A stretch of 64,000 nt of DNA from Thermodesulfobacteriota bacterium (lineage in GTDB: Bacteria > Desulfobacterota > Desulfobulbia > Desulfobulbales > SURF-16), in the NCBI GenBank assembly GCA_039715015.1, contig JBDLIE010000003.1, positions 1-64,000 on the forward strand. The letters run 5' to 3'. The translations under genes were made by a program, and so were the position numbers. Numbering within the stretch: the stretch's first letter is position 1; each line of letters begins with the position of its first letter. Positions 9,839-19,976 of the stretch are shown here, piece by piece. Under the pieces are notes generated by a model. The model ran no database searches, was not told the origin of the DNA, and was given only the letters and a program-made list of their open reading frames with translations.

Positions 9839-11200
9839 TTGCCCGTCCTTGGGTCTAAAAAAACTATTTTGAAAGAAGAAACCACAACAAAAGAAACGAA
9901 AAAAAACCGTAAACCTTCTCATAAGGAACCAGCGGTCTCCATTCATTTAAGTGAACTTAAGGCAAAGAAGATTCATGAGTTGACTGATCTTGCCAAGGAT
10001 CTTGGTATTGAAGATTTTAGTTCTTTACGCAAGCAGGAGCTCATCTTCGCCATCATTCAAACCCAGGCCGGCAAGAGAAATAGCAAGAATATCAATGTGA
10101 GAGCGGATGGTGTATTGGAAATTCTGCCTGACGGTTTTGGTTTCCTTCGCTCCCCTGATTTTAATTATCTTCCAGGTCCGGATGATATTTATGTTTCACC
10201 AGCTCAAATTCGCAAGCTGAGCCTGCGAACCGGTGATACGGTTGAAGGACAGGTTCGCCCCCCCAAAGAGGGAGAGCGTTATTTTGCTCTACTCAAGGTC
10301 GATAATGTCAATTTTGATATTCCTGCCAATAATCGCAAGAAGACTCTTTTTTCTAACCTTACTCCCCTTCATCCAAACGAGCGCATTAAGCTTGAGTATC
10401 AGCACGATACGTATGCCATGCGTGTTATGGACTTAATGTGTCCAATTGGTAAAGGGCAGCGGGGACTCATTGTTGCTCCTCCGCGAACAGGAAAGACTGT
10501 TCTGATTAAGGAAATTGCCAACGCTATTACCAAGAACCATAAAGAAGTGAAGCTCATAGTTCTGCTTATTGATGAACGCCCTGAAGAGGTCACGGATATG
10601 GCCCGCAGTGTTAATGCTGAGGTGGTGAGTTCAACCTTTGATGAACCTCCCCAGCGTCATATCCAGGTGGCGGAAATGGTTATTGAGAAAGCCCGGCGGC
10701 TTGTTGAGCATAAGTATGATGTCGTCATCCTTCTCGATAGTCTGACCAGGCTTGCCCGTGCCTATAATACAGTGATCCCTCCCAGCGGCAAGATACTTTC
10801 CGGTGGTGTTGACTCAAACGCCCTTCATCGTCCCAAAAGATTTTTTGGCGCAGCCAGAAATATAGAAGAGGGGGGGAGTCTCACAATTATTGCTTCTGCC
10901 CTTATTGATACCGGGAGCCGGATGGACGAGGTTATCTTTGAGGAGTTTAAGGGCACTGGTAATATGGAAGTTGTCCTGGACCGCAAGATGGCAAATCGCC
11001 GCATCTTCCCCTCCATTGACATGAACAAGTCGGGAACCAGGAAGGAAGATCTTCTTCTTGAATCCGACGTGTTAAATCGCTCTTGGATCCTTCGTAAGCT
11101 TCTGTCCTCCATGAATCCTGCTGATGCCATGGAATTTATGCTCGACAAGATGAAGGGTACCCGCCACAACGAAGAATTCCTCGACTCCATGGCTCGTTAA
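9839..11200 (+). CDS. rho: Transcription termination factor Rho
   Basis: [52 protein letters not shown]. No ATG near the N-terminus, so the start is uncertain. Confidence 0.97.
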   Translation: MPVLGSKKTILKEETTTKETKKNRKPSHKEPAVSIHLSELKAKKIHELTDLAKDLGIEDFSSLRKQELIFAIIQTQAGKRNSKNINVRADGVLEILPDGFGFLRSPDFNYLPGPDDIYVSPAQIRKLSLRTGDTVEGQVRPPKEGERYFALLKVDNVNFDIPANNRKKTLFSNLTPLHPNERIKLEYQHDTYAMRVMDLMCPIGKGQRGLIVAPPRTGKTVLIKEIANAITKNHKEVKLIVLLIDERPEEVTDMARSVNAEVVSSTFDEPPQRHIQVAEMVIEKARRLVEHKYDVVILLDSLTRLARAYNTVIPPSGKILSGGVDSNALHRPKRFFGAARNIEEGGSLTIIASALIDTGSRMDEVIFEEFKGTGNMEVVLDRKMANRRIFPSIDMNKSGTRKEDLLLESDVLNRSWILRKLLSSMNPADAMEFMLDKMKGTRHNEEFLDSMAR

Positions 11201-11240
11201 CATCACGGGCCGCTCTTTGTCGGCGCCATTTTCTTAAGTG

Positions 11241-11392
11241 TTGCAAATAATAAATTTGTGAGTATAATACCGTCCTTCCGAGTCGAATCAATATTTTAAT
11301 AACTTCCCAGAGTAACGACTTTTTCTGGGTTTTTATAATGAGAAATATGTAGAAAAGGTAGGACGCTACCATAAACATTATAGGATTCACCA
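11241..11392 (+). promoter_or_regulatory. rpmE promoter and structured 5' leader
   Basis: TTGCAA(11241)-N16-TATAAT(11263). Leader pairings CGTCCT/AGGACG and CCCAGA/TCTGGG. Confidence 0.5.
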
Positions 11393-11602
11393 ATGAAAAA
11401 AGATATCCACCCCGAATATCATCTGATTAAGGCAAGTTGTGCATGTGGAAACGAGATCGAAGTCGGTTCCGTTAACACTGAGATGAACCTTGAAATCTGT
11501 TCCGCCTGTCATCCCTTTTTCACCGGCAAGCAGAAGCTTGTAGATACCGCTGGCCGGGTCGAGAAGTTCCTGAAAAAATACGGCCGTACCATGGAGAAGT
11601 AA
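11393..11602 (+). CDS. rpmE: 50S ribosomal protein L31 (zinc-binding C+ type)
   Basis: [29 protein letters not shown]. Confidence 0.97.
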   Translation: MKKDIHPEYHLIKASCACGNEIEVGSVNTEMNLEICSACHPFFTGKQKLVDTAGRVEKFLKKYGRTMEK

Positions 11603-11638
11603 GAGAAAGACTTCTCTCTCTTTTTTGTCATCACCCGC

Positions 11639-12709
11639 ATGGATATTTTCACAAGATTTGCTCACCTGGATGAAAAGCTACTGGAGCTTGAGGGGAAACT
11701 CTCTGATCCTGCCATTCTAGGTGATCAATCTCAGTACAGTAAGGTTGCCAAAGAGCATGCCCAGGTGACCCACCTGAATAACCTGTACACTGAGTATCAG
11801 AATGCCCAGCAGGAAATTAAGGACAACCAAGAAATTCTTCAGGAAGATGATGATGAGCTTCGTGAATTGGCCCGTGCCGAAATAGCGGAGCTTACCGAGG
11901 ATTCTGAACGCCTTCATAACGAATTACGTTTGGCCCTCCTTCCCCGCGATCCAAACGATGACAAAAACACCCTGCTTGAAGTCCGGGCCGGAACCGGCGG
12001 CGACGAGGCAGCACTTTTTGTCAACGATCTCTACCGCATGTACAGCCGTTATGCCGAATCACAGGGCTGGCGTGTTGAGATTCTCTCCAGTAACCCCATT
12101 GGTATTGGTGGGTTCAAGGAAATTATCTGTCTGATCAGCGGTGATCAAGTTTTTTCCAAGCTCAAATATGAATCCGGTGTTCACCGTGTTCAGCGTGTTC
12201 CTGAAACAGAAACCCAGGGTAGAATCCATACCTCGGCGGTGACTGTGGCTGTTCTTCCTGAAGCAGAAGAAGTAGAGGTGGACATTGCTCCTAACGATCT
12301 TCGCTTTGATGTCTTCCGTGCTTCAGGCCCAGGTGGTCAGTCTGTAAATACCACTGATTCTGCTGTGCGTATCACCCATCTGCCCACTGGCCTTGTTGTC
12401 AGCTGTCAGGATGAAAAATCCCAGCATAAAAACAAGGAAAAAGGTCTCCGTGTCCTCCGTGCCCGGTTGCTTGACAAGATGCAGCAGGAGCAGCATGACC
12501 GTATCTCTGAAGATCGTAAGAGCCAGATCGGTAGCGGCGACAGAAGTGAGCGCATCCGGACCTATAATTATCCGCAAGGACGTGTCACAGACCATCGTAT
12601 TAATTTGACTGTCTACAAGCTTGACGATGTCCTTGTCGGCAAACTCGAACATATCATTGATCCTCTCATTGCTACCTTTCAGGCCGAAGCCCTGAAAACC
12701 CTGCAATAA
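11639..12709 (+). CDS. prfA: Peptide chain release factor 1
   Basis: [30 protein letters not shown] (PxT motif), [15 protein letters not shown]. Confidence 0.97.
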   Translation: MDIFTRFAHLDEKLLELEGKLSDPAILGDQSQYSKVAKEHAQVTHLNNLYTEYQNAQQEIKDNQEILQEDDDELRELARAEIAELTEDSERLHNELRLALLPRDPNDDKNTLLEVRAGTGGDEAALFVNDLYRMYSRYAESQGWRVEILSSNPIGIGGFKEIICLISGDQVFSKLKYESGVHRVQRVPETETQGRIHTSAVTVAVLPEAEEVEVDIAPNDLRFDVFRASGPGGQSVNTTDSAVRITHLPTGLVVSCQDEKSQHKNKEKGLRVLRARLLDKMQQEQHDRISEDRKSQIGSGDRSERIRTYNYPQGRVTDHRINLTVYKLDDVLVGKLEHIIDPLIATFQAEALKTLQ

Positions 12710-12732
12710 CCATCTCCAAGCGAAGGTCTTTC

Positions 12733-13596
12733 ATGACCACCATTGCCGAACTCTATGAACAGGGTGTTGCTTTTTTGCAGGCTGCCGGCATTGAAGATCC
12801 TCAGCTCGAAAGCGCCTTTTTTCTTTCTGATATCCTTGGGCTCTCCCGCCCCCAGCTCTTTATAGAACGACGTGGAGTGGCCTCGAAAGACGAAGAACTC
12901 TTTCGTACCTATTTGAAGCGCCGTGCCCGTCATGAGCCTTACGCCTATATCGTTGGCCACCAAGAATTTTGGGGCCTTGATTTTATAGTTTCACCATCTG
13001 TTCTCATCCCTCGTCCTGAAACGGAGCTTTTGGTTGAACAGGTTTTGGATCTCGTTTCCGGGAAAGAAAGTTTTGCCGGGACTATTCTTGATCTGGGTAC
13101 GGGCAGTGCAATTTTGCCTGTTGCCTTAAGCCGGGAGTTGCCACAGGCAACCCATGTTGCTGTTGATGTCTCTTGTGACGCCCTTGATATTGCTCTCCGG
13201 AATATTCTAAAACATGGTTGTGAAAAGAAGGTTTCCCTTCTTGCGGCAGATTTTCTGACCGCTTTTAAAAAGAATGTTCAGTTTGATTTTATAGTTTCAA
13301 ATCCACCCTATGTGAAAAAAGCCACCTTTGACACTCTTCAACCAGAGGTTGTTAATAATGAACCACATCTTGCCCTTGATGGTGGCGGTGGCGATGGCTT
13401 AGTGTCTATTTCCTCTTTTGCTCCTGCTGTTGCCCAATACCTGCGGCCCGGAGGGTGGTTTCTGATGGAGATTGGCTACGATCAAAAGCAGGAGGTGTTG
13501 GATCTCTTTGCAAGTTTTTCTTCCTTTGACCACCTCACTGTGCTAGATGATTATGCAGGTCTGCCGCGAATCTTAAAGGCCCGACGCAGTTTGTGA
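12733..13596 (+). CDS. prmC: Release factor glutamine methyltransferase HemK/PrmC
   Basis: EPYAYIVG, VLIPRPETE, LDLGTGS, SNPPY. Directly follows prfA. Confidence 0.95.
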   Translation: MTTIAELYEQGVAFLQAAGIEDPQLESAFFLSDILGLSRPQLFIERRGVASKDEELFRTYLKRRARHEPYAYIVGHQEFWGLDFIVSPSVLIPRPETELLVEQVLDLVSGKESFAGTILDLGTGSAILPVALSRELPQATHVAVDVSCDALDIALRNILKHGCEKKVSLLAADFLTAFKKNVQFDFIVSNPPYVKKATFDTLQPEVVNNEPHLALDGGGGDGLVSISSFAPAVAQYLRPGGWFLMEIGYDQKQEVLDLFASFSSFDHLTVLDDYAGLPRILKARRSL

Positions 13597-13667
13597 GTAG
13601 ATCATTTTTTAACAGTTTATTTTGCCCTCCGGTTCCCCACTCATTTTGCCCAAGAATATAAAAGAAT

Positions 13668-14927
13668 ATGGATAAAATAATTATTGAAGGTGGACGTCCC
13701 CTGCACGGCGTCATTGATGTCAGTGGTGCCAAAAACGCTGCTTTACCGCTCATTGCCGCAACTCTGCTCTGCCCAGGCGAGCATACTCTCTATAATGTCC
13801 CAGATCTTAGAGATATCCGGACCATCCTGGTCCTCCTGGAAACCTTAGGGATTAGCTATCATTACCCAGAACCACATACCCTGGTTATAAATTCAGATAA
13901 TGTAGAAGGTTATGAGGCCTCCTACGATTTGGTTAAAACCATGCGGGCTTCTGTGTTGGTTCTGGGGCCTCTACTGGCTCGTCTTGGCCGGGCAAGGGTT
14001 TCTCTTCCTGGTGGCTGTGCCATTGGCGCACGCCCTATTAATTTTCATATGCAGGGTCTGCAGAAACTAGGGGCTAAGCTTGAGCTTGAATCAGGCTATG
14101 TGGATGCCTTTGTAAAGGGACGCTTGCAGGGGGATACCATTTATTTTGATATTCCCTCTGTCACCGGTACAGAAAATATGCTCATGGCCGCTACCCTGGC
14201 CCAGGGAAAAACCATCATTAAAAACGCGGCCAAAGAGCCCGAAATTGGCAATCTGATAGATATGCTTGTGGGCATGGGAGCCAAGATCGAAGGGCGGGGC
14301 ACGGATGTTCTTGTGGTGGATGGGGTGGATGAACTGCAGCCCACCACCTCAACAATCATTGCTGACCGTATTGAGACAGGAACCTACATCGCCGCTGTTG
14401 GCACTGCCGGAGGGGAGCTTACCCTTCGGAATTGTAATCCCACCCATCTTCCTTCGTTCTTGGAGAAAATGAGAGCCGTGGGAATCTATGTGGAGGAAAA
14501 GGAGTCAACTATCATGGTTGCCCGTTCCGGTCCTATTAAGAGTGTTGATATCAAGACCATGCCGTACCCGGGTTTCCCAACCGACTTGCAGGCTCAGATC
14601 ATGGCCCTCATGGCATGTACCGGTGGTTTAAGTGTGATCGACGAAACTATCTTCGAGAATCGTTTTATGCACGTTGCTGAGTTGCGGAGAATGGGGGCGG
14701 ATATCCGGGTTGAGGGTGGTCGAGCCATTGTCGCAGGCACCGGCAAACTCACTGGTGCCCAGGTTATGGCAACCGATCTTCGAGCAAGCGCCTCCCTTGT
14801 TGTGGCAGGAGTGGCCGCCCAGGGGGTAACTTCTATTTCGCGGGTCTACCACCTGGATCGTGGTTATGAGAAGCTGGACGAGAAATTGCGTAAGGTGGGT
14901 GCGAAAATCTGGCGGGAAAGTGAGTAG
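13668..14927 (+). CDS. murA: UDP-N-acetylglucosamine 1-carboxyvinyltransferase
   Basis: [31 protein letters not shown] (active-site Cys), [13 protein letters not shown]. Confidence 0.97.
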   Translation: MDKIIIEGGRPLHGVIDVSGAKNAALPLIAATLLCPGEHTLYNVPDLRDIRTILVLLETLGISYHYPEPHTLVINSDNVEGYEASYDLVKTMRASVLVLGPLLARLGRARVSLPGGCAIGARPINFHMQGLQKLGAKLELESGYVDAFVKGRLQGDTIYFDIPSVTGTENMLMAATLAQGKTIIKNAAKEPEIGNLIDMLVGMGAKIEGRGTDVLVVDGVDELQPTTSTIIADRIETGTYIAAVGTAGGELTLRNCNPTHLPSFLEKMRAVGIYVEEKESTIMVARSGPIKSVDIKTMPYPGFPTDLQAQIMALMACTGGLSVIDETIFENRFMHVAELRRMGADIRVEGGRAIVAGTGKLTGAQVMATDLRASASLVVAGVAAQGVTSISRVYHLDRGYEKLDEKLRKVGAKIWRESE

Positions 14928-14929
14928 AA

Positions 14930-15583
14930 CTACTCTGTAGCTTCTTTTATTGCTTTTTCCAGGGCCTTGGTGTGGATATTGCCGGCAAAATGGAGAGGAC
15001 TGTGGCCGCTGACCGGGTCGAAACTAGAAGGGTCGGCCTGACAAAGAAATTGGACCTCCCTGGCAATTTTCTCCAAGGCTTCCTCAGGGCTACATCTCAA
15101 TATTTTCGGTAAAACATTCCAGGTGGCTCCGCACGATGCTCCGCGAAGAACTTGAATGGATGCAATCTTTTTATCTTCCAGGGTAATCTTATATTCAGGT
15201 GTGCCGAACTGCTGGCCATATCTTCCCAGCCCCTCTTTCTTTGCCAGGCCACAGCAGGTAAAGGGCGAGTGAGCCCCACTTATCTTGCGCGGCCCACTGG
15301 CTATCATGGGTATTTCTTGCTGCTGACAATATTTTGCAGCATAATCCGCTAAATCTGGATGTTTGAGAAAGCTAAGGACAATATTGCCCTTAATCTGGTC
15401 TGGGAAAAATTCCTGAGGATCATCTAAGAAATCAGGCAGGGCAATGGGGAAATCTATAACTTCGACAATCTTTATCTGGCAGCCATAGGTTTCAATCCCT
15501 TGAACCTTTTTTTCGCCGGCATTGGCCTGTTGAAATACAGTGATAGAATCGGTAGAGCAGGACGTATTTGCAGATTTGTGCAT
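14930..15583 (-). CDS. DUF166-family protein
   Basis: LKHPDL, PFTCCGL, FGTPE, VLRGASCGATW, CQADPS, HFAG pattern. Start either 15583 (ATG) or 15604 (TTG). Confidence 0.7.
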   Translation of the reverse strand: MHKSANTSCSTDSITVFQQANAGEKKVQGIETYGCQIKIVEVIDFPIALPDFLDDPQEFFPDQIKGNIVLSFLKHPDLADYAAKYCQQQEIPMIASGPRKISGAHSPFTCCGLAKKEGLGRYGQQFGTPEYKITLEDKKIASIQVLRGASCGATWNVLPKILRCSPEEALEKIAREVQFLCQADPSSFDPVSGHSPLHFAGNIHTKALEKAIKEATE

Positions 15584-15658
15584 GGTACGAAAAAGCTTTT
15601 TCAATCAAGTCGATTGAGAGCTTTCAGGTGTTAGGTGAATTGGGCTGAAAAATCAAAA

Positions 15659-16024
15659 TTAGTGAGTCATTTCACTACGCTCTGTATGGAGCTCTTCGTC
15701 ATCGTCATTGGTGTATAAGTAAAGTTCTTCAACAATTTTATCACGACAGATTTCCAATTTTTCATATGGAAGATCAAGGATAAGGGCAAGATCGTCAAGA
15801 CCACGGCCCCTATTAAAGTGTTGGTCAACAATGAGATTTTTTAAGAAGTCGTCAATGATGATGCTGCGTAATGCTTCATTGATTACCGTAAGGGAAAGAA
15901 TAGCCTCATTAAAAGTCTTACCGCTGGCTATTTCTTTTCGGATGGTTTTTACAGCACTGTCATAAATCTTACTTGTTTCTTTGTTGGTGTAATCATTAAG
16001 GTCTAAGTTGCGGGATTCTGGCAT
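15659..16024 (-). CDS. Hypothetical protein (121 aa)
   Basis: ATG with GAGG RBS. Predicted helical, with an IIIDDFLK motif and an acidic tail. Confidence 0.75.
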   Translation of the reverse strand: MPESRNLDLNDYTNKETSKIYDSAVKTIRKEIASGKTFNEAILSLTVINEALRSIIIDDFLKNLIVDQHFNRGRGLDDLALILDLPYEKLEICRDKIVEELYLYTNDDDEELHTERSEMTH

Positions 16025-16240
16025 GAATTACCTCAAATGGAGTGACCGTCTTTTGCTAAACTTAAGTTAAACATTACAAGACGGGCAATACTGAATGGAA
16101 ATATTACTGGCAGGACTCTAAGTTACCACTGATCAGAAAACTTTTTTTAATACACTAACACTAATAAACTTGCCGCAATTTAGCAGAAATCGCCTGACTA
16201 ACCAAGCTTTTTTAGCCAAAAAGAAACATCTGTAAAGCTA

Positions 16241-17404
16241 CTAAACACAACCCCTTAAAATGGCTTCAATTTTTTTATGATCATAATCTTTCAGACGCCA
16301 TATCGATGCCAAGGGAAGGCTTTGTTCAGCCAAAAATGGGATCTCGTCAGCGCTTATTTTCAAACCTTTTAAAGTTGTCGGGCAACCAATTTTTTCAAAC
16401 CATTTCTTGAGGCGTTTGATGCCCTCCTGGGCAGTGGTTTTTATGTCGCTATTTTCAACCTGGAAAACTCGTTGGCCAAGCTGGGCATATTTCCGAGGAT
16501 TTTTTTGGGCCTGAAAAGAAAGCCAGGCAGGAACTATTACACTGAGTCCAGCTCCGTGGGGAACATTGTGATGGGCACTCAGGGTGTGCTCAATCATATG
16601 CATCGGAAAGCCTACGAGGCCAAGACCGGCAGCAGTCCAGCCATTTAAGGCCAAGGTGCTACACCACATAAGATCAGCACGTCCTTGGTAATCAGCCGGT
16701 TTTTTGAGGACCTTTTCACAACTCTCTATAATATTTAGGACAAGCCCTTCCATGAAACGGTCTTGAACCGGGGTGCTTGGATCAGCTGTGGTGAAGTAAA
16801 ACTCAAGGATATGGGCAATGGCATCAACGGCGCCATATGCCGTATAGGTGGCCGGGACTGAATAGGTGGCAGTGGGGTCGAGGATAGAGACTGCCGGATT
16901 GAGCAGCTTGTTGCCCGTGCCGAATTTGAGCTTTTTTTCATCATGGCTGATTACCATGCCGCCATTCATTTCTGAGCCGGCGGCAGCCAGGGTCAGCACA
17001 CAGGTGAGAGGCAGGCATTTTTTAATGGATTTTTTACCTGTAAAAAATTTCCAGACGTCATGCTCTACCAAGGCCCCGGCACTTATCGCCTTGGCGCTAT
17101 CTATCACCGAGCCTCCACCCACAGCAACTATAACATCAACTTCTCGTTTCTTTGCCCTTTCGATGCCGAGACGTACATGGCTTAGGAGGGGGTTAGACTG
17201 AACACCACCATGAAGGACAATCTCCATACCTTGGTCAGCAAGACTCTTGGTGACTGTCTCAAATATGCCATTTTTTTTTATACTTCCCTGGCCAAAGACC
17301 AGCAGGGCTCGCTTACCAAACGCTCTGCCTTCACGGCCAATTTCAGAAATCCTATCTGCCCCGAAGATAATTTTTGTTTGGTTATGAAGAACGAAATTTT
17401 GCAT
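16241..17404 (-). CDS. Iron-containing alcohol dehydrogenase (BdhA/YqhD-like)
   Basis: AVGGGSVIDSAK, TLAAAGSEMNG, DAIAHILEFY, HMIEH, HGAGL metal ligands. Confidence 0.92.
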   Translation of the reverse strand: MQNFVLHNQTKIIFGADRISEIGREGRAFGKRALLVFGQGSIKKNGIFETVTKSLADQGMEIVLHGGVQSNPLLSHVRLGIERAKKREVDVIVAVGGGSVIDSAKAISAGALVEHDVWKFFTGKKSIKKCLPLTCVLTLAAAGSEMNGGMVISHDEKKLKFGTGNKLLNPAVSILDPTATYSVPATYTAYGAVDAIAHILEFYFTTADPSTPVQDRFMEGLVLNIIESCEKVLKKPADYQGRADLMWCSTLALNGWTAAGLGLVGFPMHMIEHTLSAHHNVPHGAGLSVIVPAWLSFQAQKNPRKYAQLGQRVFQVENSDIKTTAQEGIKRLKKWFEKIGCPTTLKGLKISADEIPFLAEQSLPLASIWRLKDYDHKKIEAILRGCV

Positions 17405-17428
17405 AGGTGTTGTAGGGAAGAGAAAAAA

Positions 17429-18274
17429 TTAAAGGAGAGGCTGGATAACGTTCGTCAGGCGTATATAGTCATTAACGGTAAGGGTTTCGCCGCGGGCCTT
17501 AATGGAAATTTCAGCTTTTTCCAGAACCTGGAATGCCTGTTTCTTGGTCAGGGATATAAGTGAAGAGGTCGCGAGGCAATTAACCAGGGTTTTTCTTCGT
17601 TTTTGAAAACCTGTTTTTACTACTTTGACAAAAAGGCCATTGTTGTAATCGGCCTGAGCTGGAGGATGAAAAGAAATTTTCACAACCACGGAGTCTACTT
17701 TAGGTCGCGGATGAAATTGTTCCGGACTTACGTGAAGAAGATCTTTGACGGTGGCACAGCTGGCAAAAAGCACAGAGAGGACACCATACTCCTTTGTGCC
17801 CGGAGCGGCGCAGAGACGCATGCCAACTTCCTTTTGAAGCATCAGTACAGCCCAGGACATCAGCTCTTTATGGTCCAGCAACTTGAAGAGTAAAGGGTTG
17901 GAGATAGAGTAGGGGAGATTGGCGATAATCTTCAGGGGGCCGCCGCTCTCTGCAGCCAGCTTGTTGAAGTCGGTTTTTAAGATATCCTGGTGAACAAGGG
18001 TTGTATTGGCCGGTAAGGAATTGTTTTCGGTATGATATCTGACAATGCCGGCATCAACCTCAATACCGATCACTTTGCCGGCTCTTTGGGCAAGAGGCGA
18101 GGTGAGTGAACCAAGACCCACACCTATTTCAAAAACGGTATCCTCCTTTGTGACTCCGGCCAGCTCAACAATACGTTCAGAGGTGGCCTGGTGGACGAGG
18201 AAGTTTTGACCCAGTTTTTTCTTGGGAGCAAGCTCGTTGTTTTTCAGAATACTCTTAATATCACTTCGATTCAT
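17429..18274 (-). CDS. rsmA: 16S rRNA m6,2A1518/A1519 dimethyltransferase
   Basis: KKLGQNFL, EIGVGLG, ANLPYSIS, MLQKEV, PRPKVDS, KRRKTL. Confidence 0.95.
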   Translation of the reverse strand: MNRSDIKSILKNNELAPKKKLGQNFLVHQATSERIVELAGVTKEDTVFEIGVGLGSLTSPLAQRAGKVIGIEVDAGIVRYHTENNSLPANTTLVHQDILKTDFNKLAAESGGPLKIIANLPYSISNPLLFKLLDHKELMSWAVLMLQKEVGMRLCAAPGTKEYGVLSVLFASCATVKDLLHVSPEQFHPRPKVDSVVVKISFHPPAQADYNNGLFVKVVKTGFQKRRKTLVNCLATSSLISLTKKQAFQVLEKAEISIKARGETLTVNDYIRLTNVIQPLL

Positions 18275-18788
18275 CGCTAAGGGCTACCTGTTCCTTTTTT
18301 CGTTGTCTGGTGTCTCGGAGTTTCGTGAAAAGTTTTAATGAGTAATAATAGCTGAGAGCTGTGAAGGGCAGAGCCAGTAATGTACCACCCACCACCAGAA
18401 CAGTAATAGCATCAAGGCCAAGTGAGCTAATGGCCGTTAGTGAGGCTTTAAAGCCCTCGTAACCTGCGGCAGAGGAAAGTACATCCATCATTTCTTGAAG
18501 ACGTTGCCAGGAAAGTAGACCCGGGAAGATAGCAGTACCTACCAGCCAGCTTAAATAATATTGGATAAAAAAGGTGAGAGGATTGCTGACAACCACAGAT
18601 GCCAAGATGCCTGCCACCTTGCTGGCCCGGAAAATGAGGCATGTGCCAAGAATAAGAACTGTGTGCAGGGGAATCGTTGGGGTGATACCAATGAAAATTC
18701 CTATAGCAACGCCCCGGGCGATGATCTTCGGGTCACCCTGGAGGCGTAGGAACTTGAGATAATGATATCTGACCAGGCGGGTAGGCAT
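18261..18788 (-). CDS. DUF2062-family membrane protein
   Basis: LRLQGDPKIIARGVAIGIFIGITP, SNPLT and hydrophobic helices. Overlaps the rsmA start by 14 nt. Confidence 0.8.
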   Translation of the reverse strand: MPTRLVRYHYLKFLRLQGDPKIIARGVAIGIFIGITPTIPLHTVLILGTCLIFRASKVAGILASVVVSNPLTFFIQYYLSWLVGTAIFPGLLSWQRLQEMMDVLSSAAGYEGFKASLTAISSLGLDAITVLVVGGTLLALPFTALSYYYSLKLFTKLRDTRQRKKEQVALSDESK

Positions 18789-18826
18789 TCTTCAGGGCTT
18801 TAAGGGGAAGGCGAAAATCGTTATAT

Positions 18827-19831
18827 CTACATGATATACGGAGATCGTGAATAAACATCAAGGTCAAGGGGGGCACTGGTGTTATTATATTTATGAAAAC
18901 CGGCAAGACAAACCATAGCAGCATTATCAGTGCAAAAATCCACCGGAGGCATAGCGAGGTTGAGATCGTTTTTTGCGCACTGGTCAGTCATCGACTGGCG
19001 CAGTCTGCGGTTTGCAGCAACACCGCCACCAACAACAATATTCTGGCAGCCTTTGTCTTGGGCGGCCCGGATCGTCTTTTGGGTCAAAACATCAACCACT
19101 GCTTCTTGAAAAGAGGCGCATATATCGGCAACGGGCAGGATCTCGTCTTTGTTTTTTAGCTTGTTGACATGGTTTGCCACCGAAGTCTTCAGGCCGCTGA
19201 AGCTAAAATCATAACTGCCCTCTTCGAGCCATGAGCGTGGAAAAGTAATGGCCTGAGGGTTACCTTCAGCCGATATCTTGCCGATTTCAGGTCCGCCAGG
19301 GTAAGGAAGACCAAGAAGTTTGGCCACCTTGTCAAAGGCCTCACCAGCAGCATCGTCTCGGGTTCTGCCCAGAAGGGTGAAGTCATAGAAACCGGTGACA
19401 TAAAAGAGGGACGAGTGGCCACCTGAGGCAATGAGGGCGACAAAGGGGAATTGCGGAGGATTTTCTCCGAGAAAAACGGAGAGAAGATGACCGGCCATAT
19501 GGTCAACCCCAACAAAGGGAATTTTCTTGATAAGTGAGATCGCCTTGACAAAATTAAGTCCGACAAGAAGTGAGCCAATAAGTCCAGGACCAACAGTAAC
19601 GGCAAGAAGATCTATGTCATCAAGGCTGGTGTCTGCGTCTTTCAAGGCCTTTGTGACAACCGGATAGATGTTCTCCAGGTGCTTTCTGGAGGCGATTTCC
19701 GGGACAACGCCGCCATACTCAGCATGGACAGCGATCTGCGAGTCGACGACATTGGACAGAAGCTGGCTGTCGTTGCGCATGACAGCTGCAGCTGTTTCGT
19801 CGCAGGAGCTTTCAATTCCAAGAATGAGCAT
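18827..19831 (-). CDS. tsaD: tRNA N6-adenosine threonylcarbamoyltransferase
   Basis: MLILGIESSCDET, GGVVPEIASRKH, HMAGH, DDAAGEAFDK, FSFSGLKT, CTDNAAM. Start corrected to ATG 19831. Confidence 0.97.
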   Translation of the reverse strand: MLILGIESSCDETAAAVMRNDSQLLSNVVDSQIAVHAEYGGVVPEIASRKHLENIYPVVTKALKDADTSLDDIDLLAVTVGPGLIGSLLVGLNFVKAISLIKKIPFVGVDHMAGHLLSVFLGENPPQFPFVALIASGGHSSLFYVTGFYDFTLLGRTRDDAAGEAFDKVAKLLGLPYPGGPEIGKISAEGNPQAITFPRSWLEEGSYDFSFSGLKTSVANHVNKLKNKDEILPVADICASFQEAVVDVLTQKTIRAAQDKGCQNIVVGGGVAANRRLRQSMTDQCAKNDLNLAMPPVDFCTDNAAMVCLAGFHKYNNTSAPLDLDVYSRSPYIM

Positions 19832-19976
19832 AGGTCTATAAAATTTGTGAAATCCTAAAAGAAATAATTGGCGGCATCGATTGTGTTTTTGTCTCCATTG
19901 GGGTATCAAGCCCTTTTTTATATGGAGTTTTTCGATATTTTAGAAGCTAGCTTCCTTTTTTGCCATCATTGATTGT

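Noticed and set aside
15241..15270. Selenocysteine recoding in the DUF166 gene
   Set aside because: The codons are TGC-TGT and there is no in-frame TGA.
16141..16240. Possible sigma54 promoter upstream of the 121-aa hypothetical gene
   Set aside because: The GG-to-GC spacing does not fit the strict GG-N10-GC rule.
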